Virus record (IMG/VR): IMGVR_UViG_3300020450_001133 | Source of the DNA: a virus | Lineage: Duplodnaviria; Caudoviricetes | DNA: 64,000 nucleotides | Direction: 5' to 3' (one strand) | In this document: in pieces, positions 9,345 to 19,021 of the stretch | Position numbering within the stretch: position 1 is the stretch's first letter | Layout: the number at the start of each line of letters is the position of its first letter | Program-made: the position numbers and the translations under genes | Notes under the pieces: generated by a model | Databases searched by the model: none | Seen by the model: only the letters and a program-made list of their open reading frames with translations | Told to the model about the DNA's origin: nothing

Positions 9345-10054
9345 TAGTTTCTTCTTGAACTTTGTGATACAACATCAACATGTTTTGGCTCTGGAGCCTG
9401 TCCACCATGTGCTGTACCTGTGATTTCATCATATTTAGATTTAAGATTGTCTCCCATTAGTTCATCCTTTGTAGGATAACCGTTTAGGAAGTTAGTAAAG
9501 TAATCTTCACCTTTTTCATTCTTAATTTTTTGGAGTTCTGCTAGGAATTTTTCATTGTATGCTTCACCGAAAAGTGCCTCTTGACTAGCATCGACATCAA
9601 CATGCTCGTTATTATAATGGCTCATATCTTCGTTATTTAATACTGCTTCTTCCTGGTCAAACTGTCTGTCGTTATTTCTAACGTTTCTTTCTTGTGCTAA
9701 ATCACTTTCTAGTTTTCTAGGATCTTTAACACCATATGCAAGTACTCTTTCATGGTCCATACCTAAATTTACTGCAAGATATACTTCAAGTACTCTTGAA
9801 TTAACTGGGTATTTCAACACAACGTCTGTGCTACATACTTCAGATGTAAAGTTTGCACCTTTCATTCTTTGAAACTCCATTGGATTTTCTTGAATAGGTG
9901 TACGTTTCCAAGGTGTTGCACTTACAAGGTTGTACTTTTGTAATGCACCTTCTAATTTTGACAAATCTTCCGCGGAGCAATCGGATGCTATTTTAACTCT
10001 ATAGCCATACTCTTTGCTGAAAGATTCGTTAATGATGTCTTTTAATTCTTTCAT
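9344..10054 (-). CDS. hypothetical protein, probably virion-associated
   Basis: 236-aa ORF with AGGAG SD and GATAAATA upstream; N-terminus MKELKDIINES. Confidence 0.6.
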   Translation of the reverse strand: MKELKDIINESFSKEYGYRVKIASDCSAEDLSKLEGALQKYNLVSATPWKRTPIQENPMEFQRMKGANFTSEVCSTDVVLKYPVNSRVLEVYLAVNLGMDHERVLAYGVKDPRKLESDLAQERNVRNNDRQFDQEEAVLNNEDMSHYNNEHVDVDASQEALFGEAYNEKFLAELQKIKNEKGEDYFTNFLNGYPTKDELMGDNLKSKYDEITGTAHGGQAPEPKHVDVVSQSSRRN

Positions 10055-10099
10055 AGTCTAAAACTCCTGTTACACTTATTTATCATAAATAGTAAAAGT

Positions 10100-10735
10100 A
10101 TGCAGTTTAAAAGAAGTGATAATAAATTCAATACTCAAGGAACTTGGGGTGTAGCCTTAGAAAATCATGTATGCCCACGTCCAGAATTACTAGATAGATT
10201 TGACCAAAGTGGTTATGACCTGTGTGAATTAGAGCAACAATACGCAAAATGTAACTTAGGTGAGCCACAATACATGCGTTATAAAAGATGTGTTAAGCAA
10301 GAGTGGTATTTGCCTTGTAATAACACAACAGGTCCTCATATTAATCATTCAGACTTGTATGAAAGAAAAGGATACCATGGATATGCACTAGAACAACTGT
10401 ATGGTTGGGCACCAGGAAACAATCTTTTATACAAAATGATTAGATTACAACCTAAGTGGGGCATAGATATCAGTATAGATTATGTAGATGACGACAGAAA
10501 TGTTATGGAATTGTTTCATTATGAATGGGACGACCATAATTTAGACTTAGTTTTAGAGAAAAAAGAAATTATAGAAGACATTATAGACAATAATGACTGG
10601 AATGATATTGCAAAAACTAAATTAAGTAGAAAAGATGAATGGCAACATTTAGATTTTGTAGGTCAAAGTGCTTGGACAACAGAATTTTTACAAATACCTG
10701 AAGAACGTTTTAAATTAGTACCTTGGAAAAGTTAA
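10100..10735 (+). CDS. hypothetical phage protein
   Basis: 211-aa ORF with CATAAATA 8 nt upstream; no recognised domain. Confidence 0.65.
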   Translation: MQFKRSDNKFNTQGTWGVALENHVCPRPELLDRFDQSGYDLCELEQQYAKCNLGEPQYMRYKRCVKQEWYLPCNNTTGPHINHSDLYERKGYHGYALEQLYGWAPGNNLLYKMIRLQPKWGIDISIDYVDDDRNVMELFHYEWDDHNLDLVLEKKEIIEDIIDNNDWNDIAKTKLSRKDEWQHLDFVGQSAWTTEFLQIPEERFKLVPWKS

Positions 10736-11232
10736 TTATCTTTATTATTGATAATTCTTAAGAGTTCGTTTCTATCTAAAGATGTACTGCCAGATGATGA
10801 ACCAGCATCTCCGCTGTTTCCATCAAGCCTTGCTTTTTTAACCATTAAATCTATTTGTTTAAGTTTAGCATTTACTTTACTTTCTTTGGCTTCAAGAGCA
10901 GTTTTTAACATCTTTGATGCACTATCGAATATATGTCCTGCTTCTCTATCTCCAACATTCATACCTAAGTTCATTAATTGTTGGTAACTGTCCATTGCTT
11001 GTTTGCCAATATCATCCATTTCAACATCATGGTCGTCTAAACCTTTAACATTTTGTAATGCTTGGTCTATTTTTTCTGCGTTGCTTAATGCTTTTTCAAC
11101 ATCCTGTACTTCTATAATCTCTGTTGAAGGCTCAGTAGGGTCTTCATACGATGGTGGATCGTAAGAACTTTTCTTTTTCTTTGCTTCTTCAATAGGTGGC
11201 AAGTTGAATTCTTCTTCTAGTTTCTTGGTCAT
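10732..11232 (-). CDS. probable terminase small subunit (gp16-like)
   Basis: Size, helical core (AGHIFDSASKMLKTALEAK...LKQIDLMVKK), C-terminal DRNELL, and proximity to gp17. Assignment is by resemblance only. Confidence 0.45.
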   Translation of the reverse strand: MTKKLEEEFNLPPIEEAKKKKSSYDPPSYEDPTEPSTEIIEVQDVEKALSNAEKIDQALQNVKGLDDHDVEMDDIGKQAMDSYQQLMNLGMNVGDREAGHIFDSASKMLKTALEAKESKVNAKLKQIDLMVKKARLDGNSGDAGSSSGSTSLDRNELLRIINNKDN

Positions 11233-11240
11233 GCTACTAT

Positions 11241-11390
11241 TTATTTCTTAGACTTTCGTTTTTTCTTTAATTTGCGTGTAGGATGTCCAAACATTTGGTC
11301 AAATCTGTGATTTCTAGCATCAATATAGTCCTGTGGTTTGTCATAAACCTTTTTAGGAGTCTTAAATTCTATGATATCACTTATTTTCAT
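11241..11390 (-). CDS. small basic protein, 49 aa (possible internal head/DNA-binding protein)
   Basis: Manual: MKISDIIEFKTPKKVYDKPQDYIDARNHRFDQMFGHPTRKLKKKRKSKK*; ATGA overlap with the upstream stop. Confidence 0.6.
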   Translation of the reverse strand: MKISDIIEFKTPKKVYDKPQDYIDARNHRFDQMFGHPTRKLKKKRKSKK

Positions 11391-12457
11391 TTCAATGGTT
11401 TACTTAATTCTTCCCAACTTGTTTCATAATCACTATCGCCGTCAGCATATCCCATAACACCTAGTTTTTCATACTCTGGTACTAGTTCATCATGCAACAA
11501 TCCTATTTTTTTAAGGTTAGGCATTATCCTACTAAACAATACATCTTGAAATTGTGTTTGAAAAATGTTTTCTTTTTGGTATTCGTCAGTATAATCTAAA
11601 TCCATGCCATACTTTTCCCAAACATCATATGCTCTTAGTCTATTTCTACTCACAGTACAGGCTTCTAAGGCAAATTGTGCCCTATCCAACTTATCTTCTT
11701 CACTTAAAGTAGTTACAAACTCCGTAAGATAGTTAATACCAAACGTAACATGCCTTGCTTCGTCTCTTATAATGTATTCTAGCATTTGTTTATACACAGG
11801 ATCATTAGTTGCTTCTTTGGCGGCGTTAAAGGCGGCTAATGCCAAGCCTTCAATCACTACTTGCATACCAATAAACTTCAAATCCCAACGAGGATCTGTT
11901 AATATTTTGTCTAACAAACCTTTTAATGCTCTACCTATGGGCCAACTGCGTTTTAATCTTTGTTGTAAGTATTTGTTGAATGCTTCAACGTGCCTTGCTT
12001 CGTCAAATGTTTGACTTGCGGCATATAGTTTTGCATTATATGTTGGCGCACAACTGGCTAACTGTGATGCAACCAATAATGCTCCTTGCTCTCCATGTAA
12101 AAATTGACTTGTTGCCCAACTGTTAAGGTCTTTGAAGAATTCTAATCTTGTTTTTTTGTCAAAAGTTTTAAAAACTTTATGGTTGTCCCATTGATTGTTT
12201 TCAAAATCAAATTCTTCATCACTGATACCTACAAAGTTAGGTGTCCAATCTACATCAACCTCTACATTCCAATTTAATTGTTTGCCTAATTCATATAATT
12301 TTTTTATTCTGTTGTCTTGTACTGTATAGTCCCAATTAAATGAACCAGTTAAAGGTGTTTGAAAAATCTCTACAACATCGGTAGGATCTAAATTAGCCGG
12401 AACATCATCGTCAAACTCGATTACGTCCCTTGGAGTTTTTGTATATTCTATTTTCAT
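11387..12457 (-). CDS. ferritin-like di-iron carboxylate protein (AurF/CmlI-like oxygenase family)
   Basis: Paired ligand sets HGEQGAL...DEARH and IEGLAL...DEARH. Confidence 0.8.
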   Translation of the reverse strand: MKIEYTKTPRDVIEFDDDVPANLDPTDVVEIFQTPLTGSFNWDYTVQDNRIKKLYELGKQLNWNVEVDVDWTPNFVGISDEEFDFENNQWDNHKVFKTFDKKTRLEFFKDLNSWATSQFLHGEQGALLVASQLASCAPTYNAKLYAASQTFDEARHVEAFNKYLQQRLKRSWPIGRALKGLLDKILTDPRWDLKFIGMQVVIEGLALAAFNAAKEATNDPVYKQMLEYIIRDEARHVTFGINYLTEFVTTLSEEDKLDRAQFALEACTVSRNRLRAYDVWEKYGMDLDYTDEYQKENIFQTQFQDVLFSRIMPNLKKIGLLHDELVPEYEKLGVMGYADGDSDYETSWEELSKPLK

Positions 12458-12469
12458 TTTTTATATTTA

Positions 12470-12922
12470 TTATGACCTTTTTGTCTTTCTGCCTGTTTGC
12501 TTTCGGAAAATCTGATCCTCTGTAATAACTTTAAAATGTAAACCTTTTGCCTTGCACCAGGCTTGAGCGGCTTCCCACTTTACAGCATTTACTTGTATGG
12601 ATGCTTTATCATATTTGTCTCTTGCTTTTTCTTGTAGTGTTTGTGCTTTGGGTTTGATTTCAATTAAATCAACTCGTGTCTTTCCTGTTTTATCTGTGTA
12701 TTGTACCATAAAGTCAGGAACATAGTTTGTAATTTTTCCTGTAAACGGATGTCTATAAGGTATTTTTACATTTTCACTTGCCCATTTAGTAATGTTAGGA
12801 TGACTATCACAGAATCTCATGAATGCCATTTCCCAACTGCTACGAGCAAATGGTTGTTTTTGTCCTACGAATTTTTCTGGATTTTGGACGGAGTAGTTGC
12901 CTTGTGAATATCTACTAGACAT
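12470..12922 (-). CDS. head completion nuclease (T4 gp4-like, TnsA N-terminal fold)
   Basis: RSSWEMAFMRFCD, WASE, YVPDF, LIEIKP, KWEAAQAWC. Confidence 0.85.
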   Translation of the reverse strand: MSSRYSQGNYSVQNPEKFVGQKQPFARSSWEMAFMRFCDSHPNITKWASENVKIPYRHPFTGKITNYVPDFMVQYTDKTGKTRVDLIEIKPKAQTLQEKARDKYDKASIQVNAVKWEAAQAWCKAKGLHFKVITEDQIFRKQTGRKTKRS

Positions 12923-12931
12923 CTGTGGCTC

Positions 12932-13366
12932 CTACGGTCTAATTTTGTTTGCTATTTTAGATTTATTGTTTTTTGTAGAAATTTTAAGACCTATTTTATT
13001 TCCAGTAGGTCTTAATTCATTAATTGCTTTGTAAGTATTCTCTGCAAGTAGTATTGAATCCTCATTTATTTCAAAATATGATATAGGATGTACTCCTTGT
13101 GTTTCTGCTACTCTAATTAATGCTACTGCTAATGCTCTTGCATTAGATTTTGCAAACCCTATGCTTGTTAATCTGTTAAAAACTATGTCTAACTTGTCAG
13201 AAGATATACCTCTGTCATCAACATTTATCATGTTGACTAATATTTCTAAACTTGCTTCAGGTAAAGGAAAGTTAATTGTATTGTTTTCTAAAAACTTAAC
13301 AAGTTTGTCTCTACGGATTTCGTAACTTATTTCATTACCAAAGGTTGTGTATAAACTTTCACTCAT
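12932..13366 (-). CDS. hypothetical protein (tail/baseplate block)
   Basis: 144-aa ORF coupled to the upstream gene. Confidence 0.6.
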   Translation of the reverse strand: MSESLYTTFGNEISYEIRRDKLVKFLENNTINFPLPEASLEILVNMINVDDRGISSDKLDIVFNRLTSIGFAKSNARALAVALIRVAETQGVHPISYFEINEDSILLAENTYKAINELRPTGNKIGLKISTKNNKSKIANKIRP

Positions 13367-14544
13367 TAAATTGCTCTACCTATAAGGTCACGTTGTCCAT
13401 CTTTGCCTTGTGGTTGTGAATCGTCTTGTTCTTTACTAGTATCTTTCTTTTCACTTTCTTCTTTAGCATTTTCTTTGCCACCAGTTTCACCTGCTGTACT
13501 ATTATTCACAAAGTTACCGAGCCAATCATTTTGTTTGCCTCTATTAACACCTTGTGTAAACGTTTCACCTCTTGCATCTAATCTTAAAGGTCTGCTGTTT
13601 GCTCTGCTACCACCTGGTATTTCATCTGTGTTAGGATCACCATCTCTTAATCTACTCCAGTGTCCTCTATTGAAGTCTGAAAATCTTTGCAAATCTCCTT
13701 CACTGATAAATTCATTTATAACAGGTTGCATAGCAAAGTTTTCATAAGTTATATCTATTGTAATTAAATTTGCTTCACTTGAACTGTGGTCTATACCATC
13801 TATTTCAAAACCTGTAATCATTGGTCTGAACAAAGTGTACTTAATACATTTTTGTCCGTGATATTGTACTATGTCAATGCTGTCTATAAAGTTTCTAAGT
13901 GCTTGTGGTTGTAACCTTAGTCCCATAAAGTTACTGTCAAAGCCTTCATTAAAAGACGCAAATCCATTTCCATCTCCACTTGGTACTTCTCCAGGCACTA
14001 TGTCGTGTGGAGTTGGTACAGGCAACATTGGATCGCCTGCCTGAGAACCAGGTTGAAATTTTCCTGATGGATTCATAAACAGATGTTGATAGGCTTGCAT
14101 CAATACACTTACCCACATAGAATCAACTGTGTCATACGCAACCATTTGTATTGGTTTAAATTCTGTATGAGTTACAGTTATTCTCTTTCTGTTATATTGG
14201 TTCTTTACGTCCGTTTGAATTTCAGCACTTGGAATTCCAGACTGCCTAATTAAACTACTTAATGTAAGTTGGTCGTCTAAGCCATTTTCTATAACGGTCG
14301 GTAAGTCAACTTCCGGATTGAAGTGGAAGTTGACATAACCGTTAAACTTTTGACGAACTGGTGTGTTCTTTGGCTTGAACCGTTCTGCGTTTTTAAAGTC
14401 TCGCATGTAATGGTTTTTAATTGGTTCACCATTAGTACCATGTGAGTCTTCTACCCTTTGGCCATTGAACATATCAAAGCCGCCGGCTCGCATCAGAAAG
14501 TATCTACCATAACCTCTTATTTTATTTTTGTCTAAAAAAGCCAT
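13366..14544 (-). CDS. tail-tube-like protein (gp19/gp54-like tube initiator)
   Basis: KNQYNRKRI, YDT, LDHSS-like DGIDHSS and ITIDITYE resemble tube-fold proteins; directly follows the tail tube gene. Confidence 0.55.
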   Translation of the reverse strand: MAFLDKNKIRGYGRYFLMRAGGFDMFNGQRVEDSHGTNGEPIKNHYMRDFKNAERFKPKNTPVRQKFNGYVNFHFNPEVDLPTVIENGLDDQLTLSSLIRQSGIPSAEIQTDVKNQYNRKRITVTHTEFKPIQMVAYDTVDSMWVSVLMQAYQHLFMNPSGKFQPGSQAGDPMLPVPTPHDIVPGEVPSGDGNGFASFNEGFDSNFMGLRLQPQALRNFIDSIDIVQYHGQKCIKYTLFRPMITGFEIDGIDHSSSEANLITIDITYENFAMQPVINEFISEGDLQRFSDFNRGHWSRLRDGDPNTDEIPGGSRANSRPLRLDARGETFTQGVNRGKQNDWLGNFVNNSTAGETGGKENAKEESEKKDTSKEQDDSQPQGKDGQRDLIGRAI

Positions 14545-14581
14545 TGTTTATACTCTCTTAAATCTGATAATCTTAAAAAGA

Positions 14582-15220
14582 TTATGCAGATTCGTTGTCA
14601 GTTGTGCCAGGTACTATTGAACTATCAAATGGGTTACCTGCTTCAACATTAGAAACAATACCACTAGGTCCTTGACTGTGTATAGCATTGTCATATCTAA
14701 TTGTTAGAGAAACAGTAACAGGTTCATTTGTAGCATAGTCTGAGTCACTGTAATCAACGTTAGTTAAGAAACATCCTTCTAAGTTCCAAACTTCCATTGC
14801 GTCTGCAGTACTACCATCTAACACCTCAATTTGCATGTTAAATTTGTAATCTTCACCAGCAATTGGAGAAGTTTGTTCAAAGTGGTTTAATTGTCTTTGA
14901 TTCTGAGCACCAACAAGTCTTGCAACACTATTAGAAATATCATCACGTAATTGTACTGTGATTGGATCCCAAGCATGTTTACCTTGTACATACACTTTTG
15001 AATTGTAAGAATCAATTACAACCTCTTCATAATTAACTTTAGGACGAGTAACGTTCATAACATTTTGTGTGAACCTTCTAGTGGATTGGTCTCCACCAAA
15101 ACCGTCAAGCATACTAACCCTAAATCTGAATTTCAGTTTAGGCATCAAAATACCTTGTTCACCAGCGACTACTGGAACACCAAATTTGTTCTTTGTTTTA
15201 TCAACTGTTGGACTTGCCAT
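14582..15220 (-). CDS. tail tube protein (gp19-like)
   Basis: LMPKLKFRFRV, VTRPKV, GKHAWDPITV, WNLEGCF, LTIRYD; directly after the sheath gene. Confidence 0.85.
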   Translation of the reverse strand: MASPTVDKTKNKFGVPVVAGEQGILMPKLKFRFRVSMLDGFGGDQSTRRFTQNVMNVTRPKVNYEEVVIDSYNSKVYVQGKHAWDPITVQLRDDISNSVARLVGAQNQRQLNHFEQTSPIAGEDYKFNMQIEVLDGSTADAMEVWNLEGCFLTNVDYSDSDYATNEPVTVSLTIRYDNAIHSQGPSGIVSNVEAGNPFDSSIVPGTTDNESA

Positions 15221-15331
15221 TTCATTATCTCCTAATACCCATAAACCCCTTGATATTGTTTATGGGTTTATCGTTACAGTTATTTATCAATTATTGGCTA
15301 AAAATATTAACTACTGTTTTAATCAGACAAT

Positions 15332-15360
15332 AAAAAAGGGGCCTAAAAAGACCCCTTTTT
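15332..15360 (-). terminator. intrinsic terminator after the tail sheath gene
   Basis: AAAAAAGGGG-loop-CCCCTTTTT hairpin with T-run. Confidence 0.6.
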
Positions 15361-15378
15361 ATGTTAAATTTAATTAAC

Positions 15379-18171
15379 TTATGATGTTGAACCCAAAGTG
15401 TTTTGAATTCTAATCGGTATGTAAATAAACTCAACTGCTTTGACTGGCTGTATCGCTATGTCAATGTAAAGTTCATTTCTATCAATTCGAGCCGCTGTAT
15501 TGTTTGTTGCGTCACAAACAGTTACAAAGTCGAATAGACCTCTTTGAATAACTAACTGACTTAAGAATCCATCAACAACGGATTTTGCATTTGCTCTTGT
15601 CAACTCATCGTTTGGTTCAAACAAGAAAGGCTTAACTGCATCGTCAAGTTGCTCTCTTATGTAAACTAACAATCTTGCAACATTAACTCTATCTAATGCA
15701 CTTGAATTTGGATTCAATGTTTTTTGTCCAAATACTGCAAGTCCTCTTCCTGGGAATTGGGCAATAGGGTTAATTTTGTTTGAGTACAATGTGTCTCTCT
15801 GACCTTCGTTTAATGTAACTGCGTTAAATTCGCCGTCGGCCGGATTAACAAATCCTACTGATGTTGCGTTCTGTACAAGACCTCTTTGGAATCCTGCTGG
15901 TGCAAACCAAGGGAAAGCAACCTGGTCATTAAATGCAAATGTTCTTAAAGCAACATGACTTGGCGGAACAACTACGTTAGTTCCATCTAAGTTTGTTGTT
16001 AAAGCACTTGGATAGTAAACTGCGGCATATGGAGAACTTGAAATTAGTCCGTCTTCACCGTTTTCACTAGCATTGTTGGCGTTTGTTGCCCAGTTTTTAG
16101 TGCTTGTTGCGTCTGCTTTAAGTCTAAATGGTGTATCAGCAATAACAAAAGCAGTATTTCTTCTGTCTGTGCTTAATGCTACCATTTCATCTAGCATTTC
16201 AGGGAAACCAGGAGCGGCTATTAAGTTGAATGAATTAGTTTCTGCTCTAATGTCATCATTAGAAACAATAGCGGCTTGCATCTTAGTTTTTACTAAGTTG
16301 TGAACTGCTTTTCTTAATCCAAACATTTTACCGTCCGTTTTGTTACCACTTGCGTCTACCCAAACATTACCAATGTTTGTTGATGCAGGAGTATAGTTAA
16401 TCTTATACTCTTTGACGTTACCTGCTGAAGCACGTTTGTTCCATCCAAGCATACCTGCTGGGTAGGCTGTTTGTGCAGGAGCATCAGCATCTAAACTTGA
16501 AGTTTTAGACTGTCTGAAGTCTGCATAAATGATACCTTCTGAAGTAACTTGGTCTGTACCATCAACTTTAACCCATGCAGTACCACTCCACTTGTAAAGA
16601 CAAGGGAAGTTTTCAGTATCGTCTGAGTCTAACCAAACATCACCTGCCACTAGAGCAGTTCCGTCTGATTGTGTTGTTGGAGCAGAAGCAGATACGTTTA
16701 AGTCTTTAGACAATGTCTGCCATCCTGCTGATGCGTCATTTTCTAAGATGTCTACGTTTGCTTTTGCTACTGTGGCATTAAACCAGTAAGTTCCTTCTGC
16801 AAGAGTACCTGTTATGGAAGTTTTACTTGCTTCGTAACTTAAATCTGCAAAGTTAGAGAATGTAATGTTAGCAGTTGCGGCACCTGAACCAAAACCAATT
16901 GTACTTGGTCCGAAGTCTGAGTGTAAACTATTAACTTGAATATCTCTACCGTCGCTTGATGTTAATACGATGTTATCGCTAGAACCTAGGCTTGCTGAGA
17001 CTTTAGTGATTGAAGCACCTGCTAGTGCTTGGTTAAAGTCAAATACAGCATCTTCCGCCGTTGAGTTAGTTGCGTTACCACTAATAGTGTTACTAAATGG
17101 AACTGTTACTGATGTGCCACCGTACACGATTTGTACGTTTGCGTTACCAGAAACATTAACACCAGCAGAAATATTACTACCTTCTGCTACTACTGTTGAA
17201 TTTCCATTATGTCTTTTTAACACAACTGTTGCTTCTTCTGGATCTACATTATCAAACAATCCTACTAAGTTACCAACACTTACATTTGCAGTACCAATTG
17301 CGGAATAAGCCGCATCAGTATTTGCGTAGAATGGTGCGGCAACTGTTGAGAATGCCTTAGTTGCTGAACTGAAAAGTTTAACTTTAAAGTCTGCACCTTG
17401 GTTAGGTGTGCTTGTTTGAATGAAAATATCTCCAGCGGATAGTGAACTAACACCATCGCTCTTAAGTGCTGGTACTGTTGTATGGCTTGCCCATTGGAAG
17501 TCTCCGCTTGTAGCAGATGCCCAACTTGTGCTACCAATTAGGTACCAGTCGTCACTGAATTTTTCGTAATACTTAACATTTGCGGCTGTTCCACCTGCAT
17601 TTGTATTTGCCACAACGGCATAATCGCCGTTAAGACCAAATGCTCTCTTAGGTCCGCCTGTGCCAGCATCTATATTGATTGCGTCTACAACGGATACGTC
17701 TTTCTTAACCCATGCTGATCCACTATACTCTCTTAGTCCGTAAACTGAAGATGTAAGGTCTAACCAGTAACTTCCATTAGCAATAGCACCTGTTGGTGCG
17801 GCTGAGGAAGCCTCTAATTGACCTAGGTCAATGTCTGCTCTTAGAACAAATGCTCTATTTGCCAGACCTAAGAATGAGTGGGCCGCTAGTAAGCCGTATT
17901 CATTGAGATCATAACCATGCAACTGATTACTACCTGATTTGTAAAATAAAGGATTACCAAACTGTTGTAGTAATTCACGTTGACTTGTAATTAGTTGTAA
18001 TTTTCCTGCGTTAGCCTTAGAAGTAAAAGCCGCCGTGCCTGAACCGTCTGGACTACTCTTATCCTGAGCAGTTGCGACGATTAGTAACGGAACTGTACCA
18101 GCACCAGCCGAGGCGTAAAACGATTCGTCTGATACACTAATACTAACTCCAGGTGATACTAATGTTGCCAT
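15379..18171 (-). CDS. contractile tail sheath protein (gp18-like, 930 aa)
   Basis: MATLVSPGVSI N-terminus, WFAPAGFQRG, LYSNKINPI, FGQKTL, DRVNVARL, KAVEFIYI. Confidence 0.93.
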   Translation of the reverse strand: MATLVSPGVSISVSDESFYASAGAGTVPLLIVATAQDKSSPDGSGTAAFTSKANAGKLQLITSQRELLQQFGNPLFYKSGSNQLHGYDLNEYGLLAAHSFLGLANRAFVLRADIDLGQLEASSAAPTGAIANGSYWLDLTSSVYGLREYSGSAWVKKDVSVVDAINIDAGTGGPKRAFGLNGDYAVVANTNAGGTAANVKYYEKFSDDWYLIGSTSWASATSGDFQWASHTTVPALKSDGVSSLSAGDIFIQTSTPNQGADFKVKLFSSATKAFSTVAAPFYANTDAAYSAIGTANVSVGNLVGLFDNVDPEEATVVLKRHNGNSTVVAEGSNISAGVNVSGNANVQIVYGGTSVTVPFSNTISGNATNSTAEDAVFDFNQALAGASITKVSASLGSSDNIVLTSSDGRDIQVNSLHSDFGPSTIGFGSGAATANITFSNFADLSYEASKTSITGTLAEGTYWFNATVAKANVDILENDASAGWQTLSKDLNVSASAPTTQSDGTALVAGDVWLDSDDTENFPCLYKWSGTAWVKVDGTDQVTSEGIIYADFRQSKTSSLDADAPAQTAYPAGMLGWNKRASAGNVKEYKINYTPASTNIGNVWVDASGNKTDGKMFGLRKAVHNLVKTKMQAAIVSNDDIRAETNSFNLIAAPGFPEMLDEMVALSTDRRNTAFVIADTPFRLKADATSTKNWATNANNASENGEDGLISSSPYAAVYYPSALTTNLDGTNVVVPPSHVALRTFAFNDQVAFPWFAPAGFQRGLVQNATSVGFVNPADGEFNAVTLNEGQRDTLYSNKINPIAQFPGRGLAVFGQKTLNPNSSALDRVNVARLLVYIREQLDDAVKPFLFEPNDELTRANAKSVVDGFLSQLVIQRGLFDFVTVCDATNNTAARIDRNELYIDIAIQPVKAVEFIYIPIRIQNTLGSTS

Positions 18172-18308
18172 AATTAATCTCCTTTGAATTATTATACGAA
18201 TATTTATCTAAAATACTAGAAAATAGGTATTATACAAACCGGGGGTACAGTGGTTTTTTAGGTTTTGGATAAATATAGAAATTTTTTAATATTTAAGGGG
18301 ATTTGGTA

Positions 18309-19013
18309 TTATTTGTCTCTGTCAACAATATTTACCACATTGTCGTCATTAAGTGCGTATTTTAATTTAGACTTTCTGTTTTTCATATCTGCATACACTG
18401 AATCTACTTCTGCTTGTAATTCTTCTAGTGTACCTGAGTTTTGAATTACAAAATCAAAATCATAACCTACCCATTTCCATTCACTAGCATGTACTTTTGC
18501 AAAACGTGTTTCCATAGTGTGCTTTGCAGGGACACTTCCCTTGTTTGCATGGACGGCAGTTTCATACCATTCAGGTAATTCATCTCTAATAACATGTATT
18601 ACAATACCATTAAGTTTTTTAATTAAGTCTAGTTCATTTTTAAATCTACAATCACTAACAACAACCATTGTGTCTTGTTGTTCATTTTTTCTTATACGAT
18701 ATTCTAAACTGTCTAACCAAATGTCTTGATTGAAATGAGTACGCATTATTTCAGTTCCAAGTAACTGTAATGCAAGTCTAGGAGTAAATTGGTCAATGCC
18801 TAACTTTCTAGTCCAGTACATGTCTGGTGTTTCTCTAAAGTCTCTGCTTTCGATTGTGTCACCTTGTAACATATCTCTGGGCCAGCCAAAAACACTTGCA
18901 CATAAATCTTTTAATGGTGATGCAAAACTGTCTTGTACTGCACCTTTTTCAACTAGCATTTTTGCTACTGTATCTTTGCCACTGCCTATAAATCCTGTTA
19001 TGCCTACTATCAT
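18309..19013 (-). CDS. deoxynucleoside monophosphate kinase (T4 gp1-like)
   Basis: MIVGITGFIGSGKDTVA, SFASPLKD, TPRLALQLLGTE, SDCRF, HASE. Confidence 0.9.
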   Translation of the reverse strand: MIVGITGFIGSGKDTVAKMLVEKGAVQDSFASPLKDLCASVFGWPRDMLQGDTIESRDFRETPDMYWTRKLGIDQFTPRLALQLLGTEIMRTHFNQDIWLDSLEYRIRKNEQQDTMVVVSDCRFKNELDLIKKLNGIVIHVIRDELPEWYETAVHANKGSVPAKHTMETRFAKVHASEWKWVGYDFDFVIQNSGTLEELQAEVDSVYADMKNRKSKLKYALNDDNVVNIVDRDK

Positions 19014-19021
19014 TGTTATCC

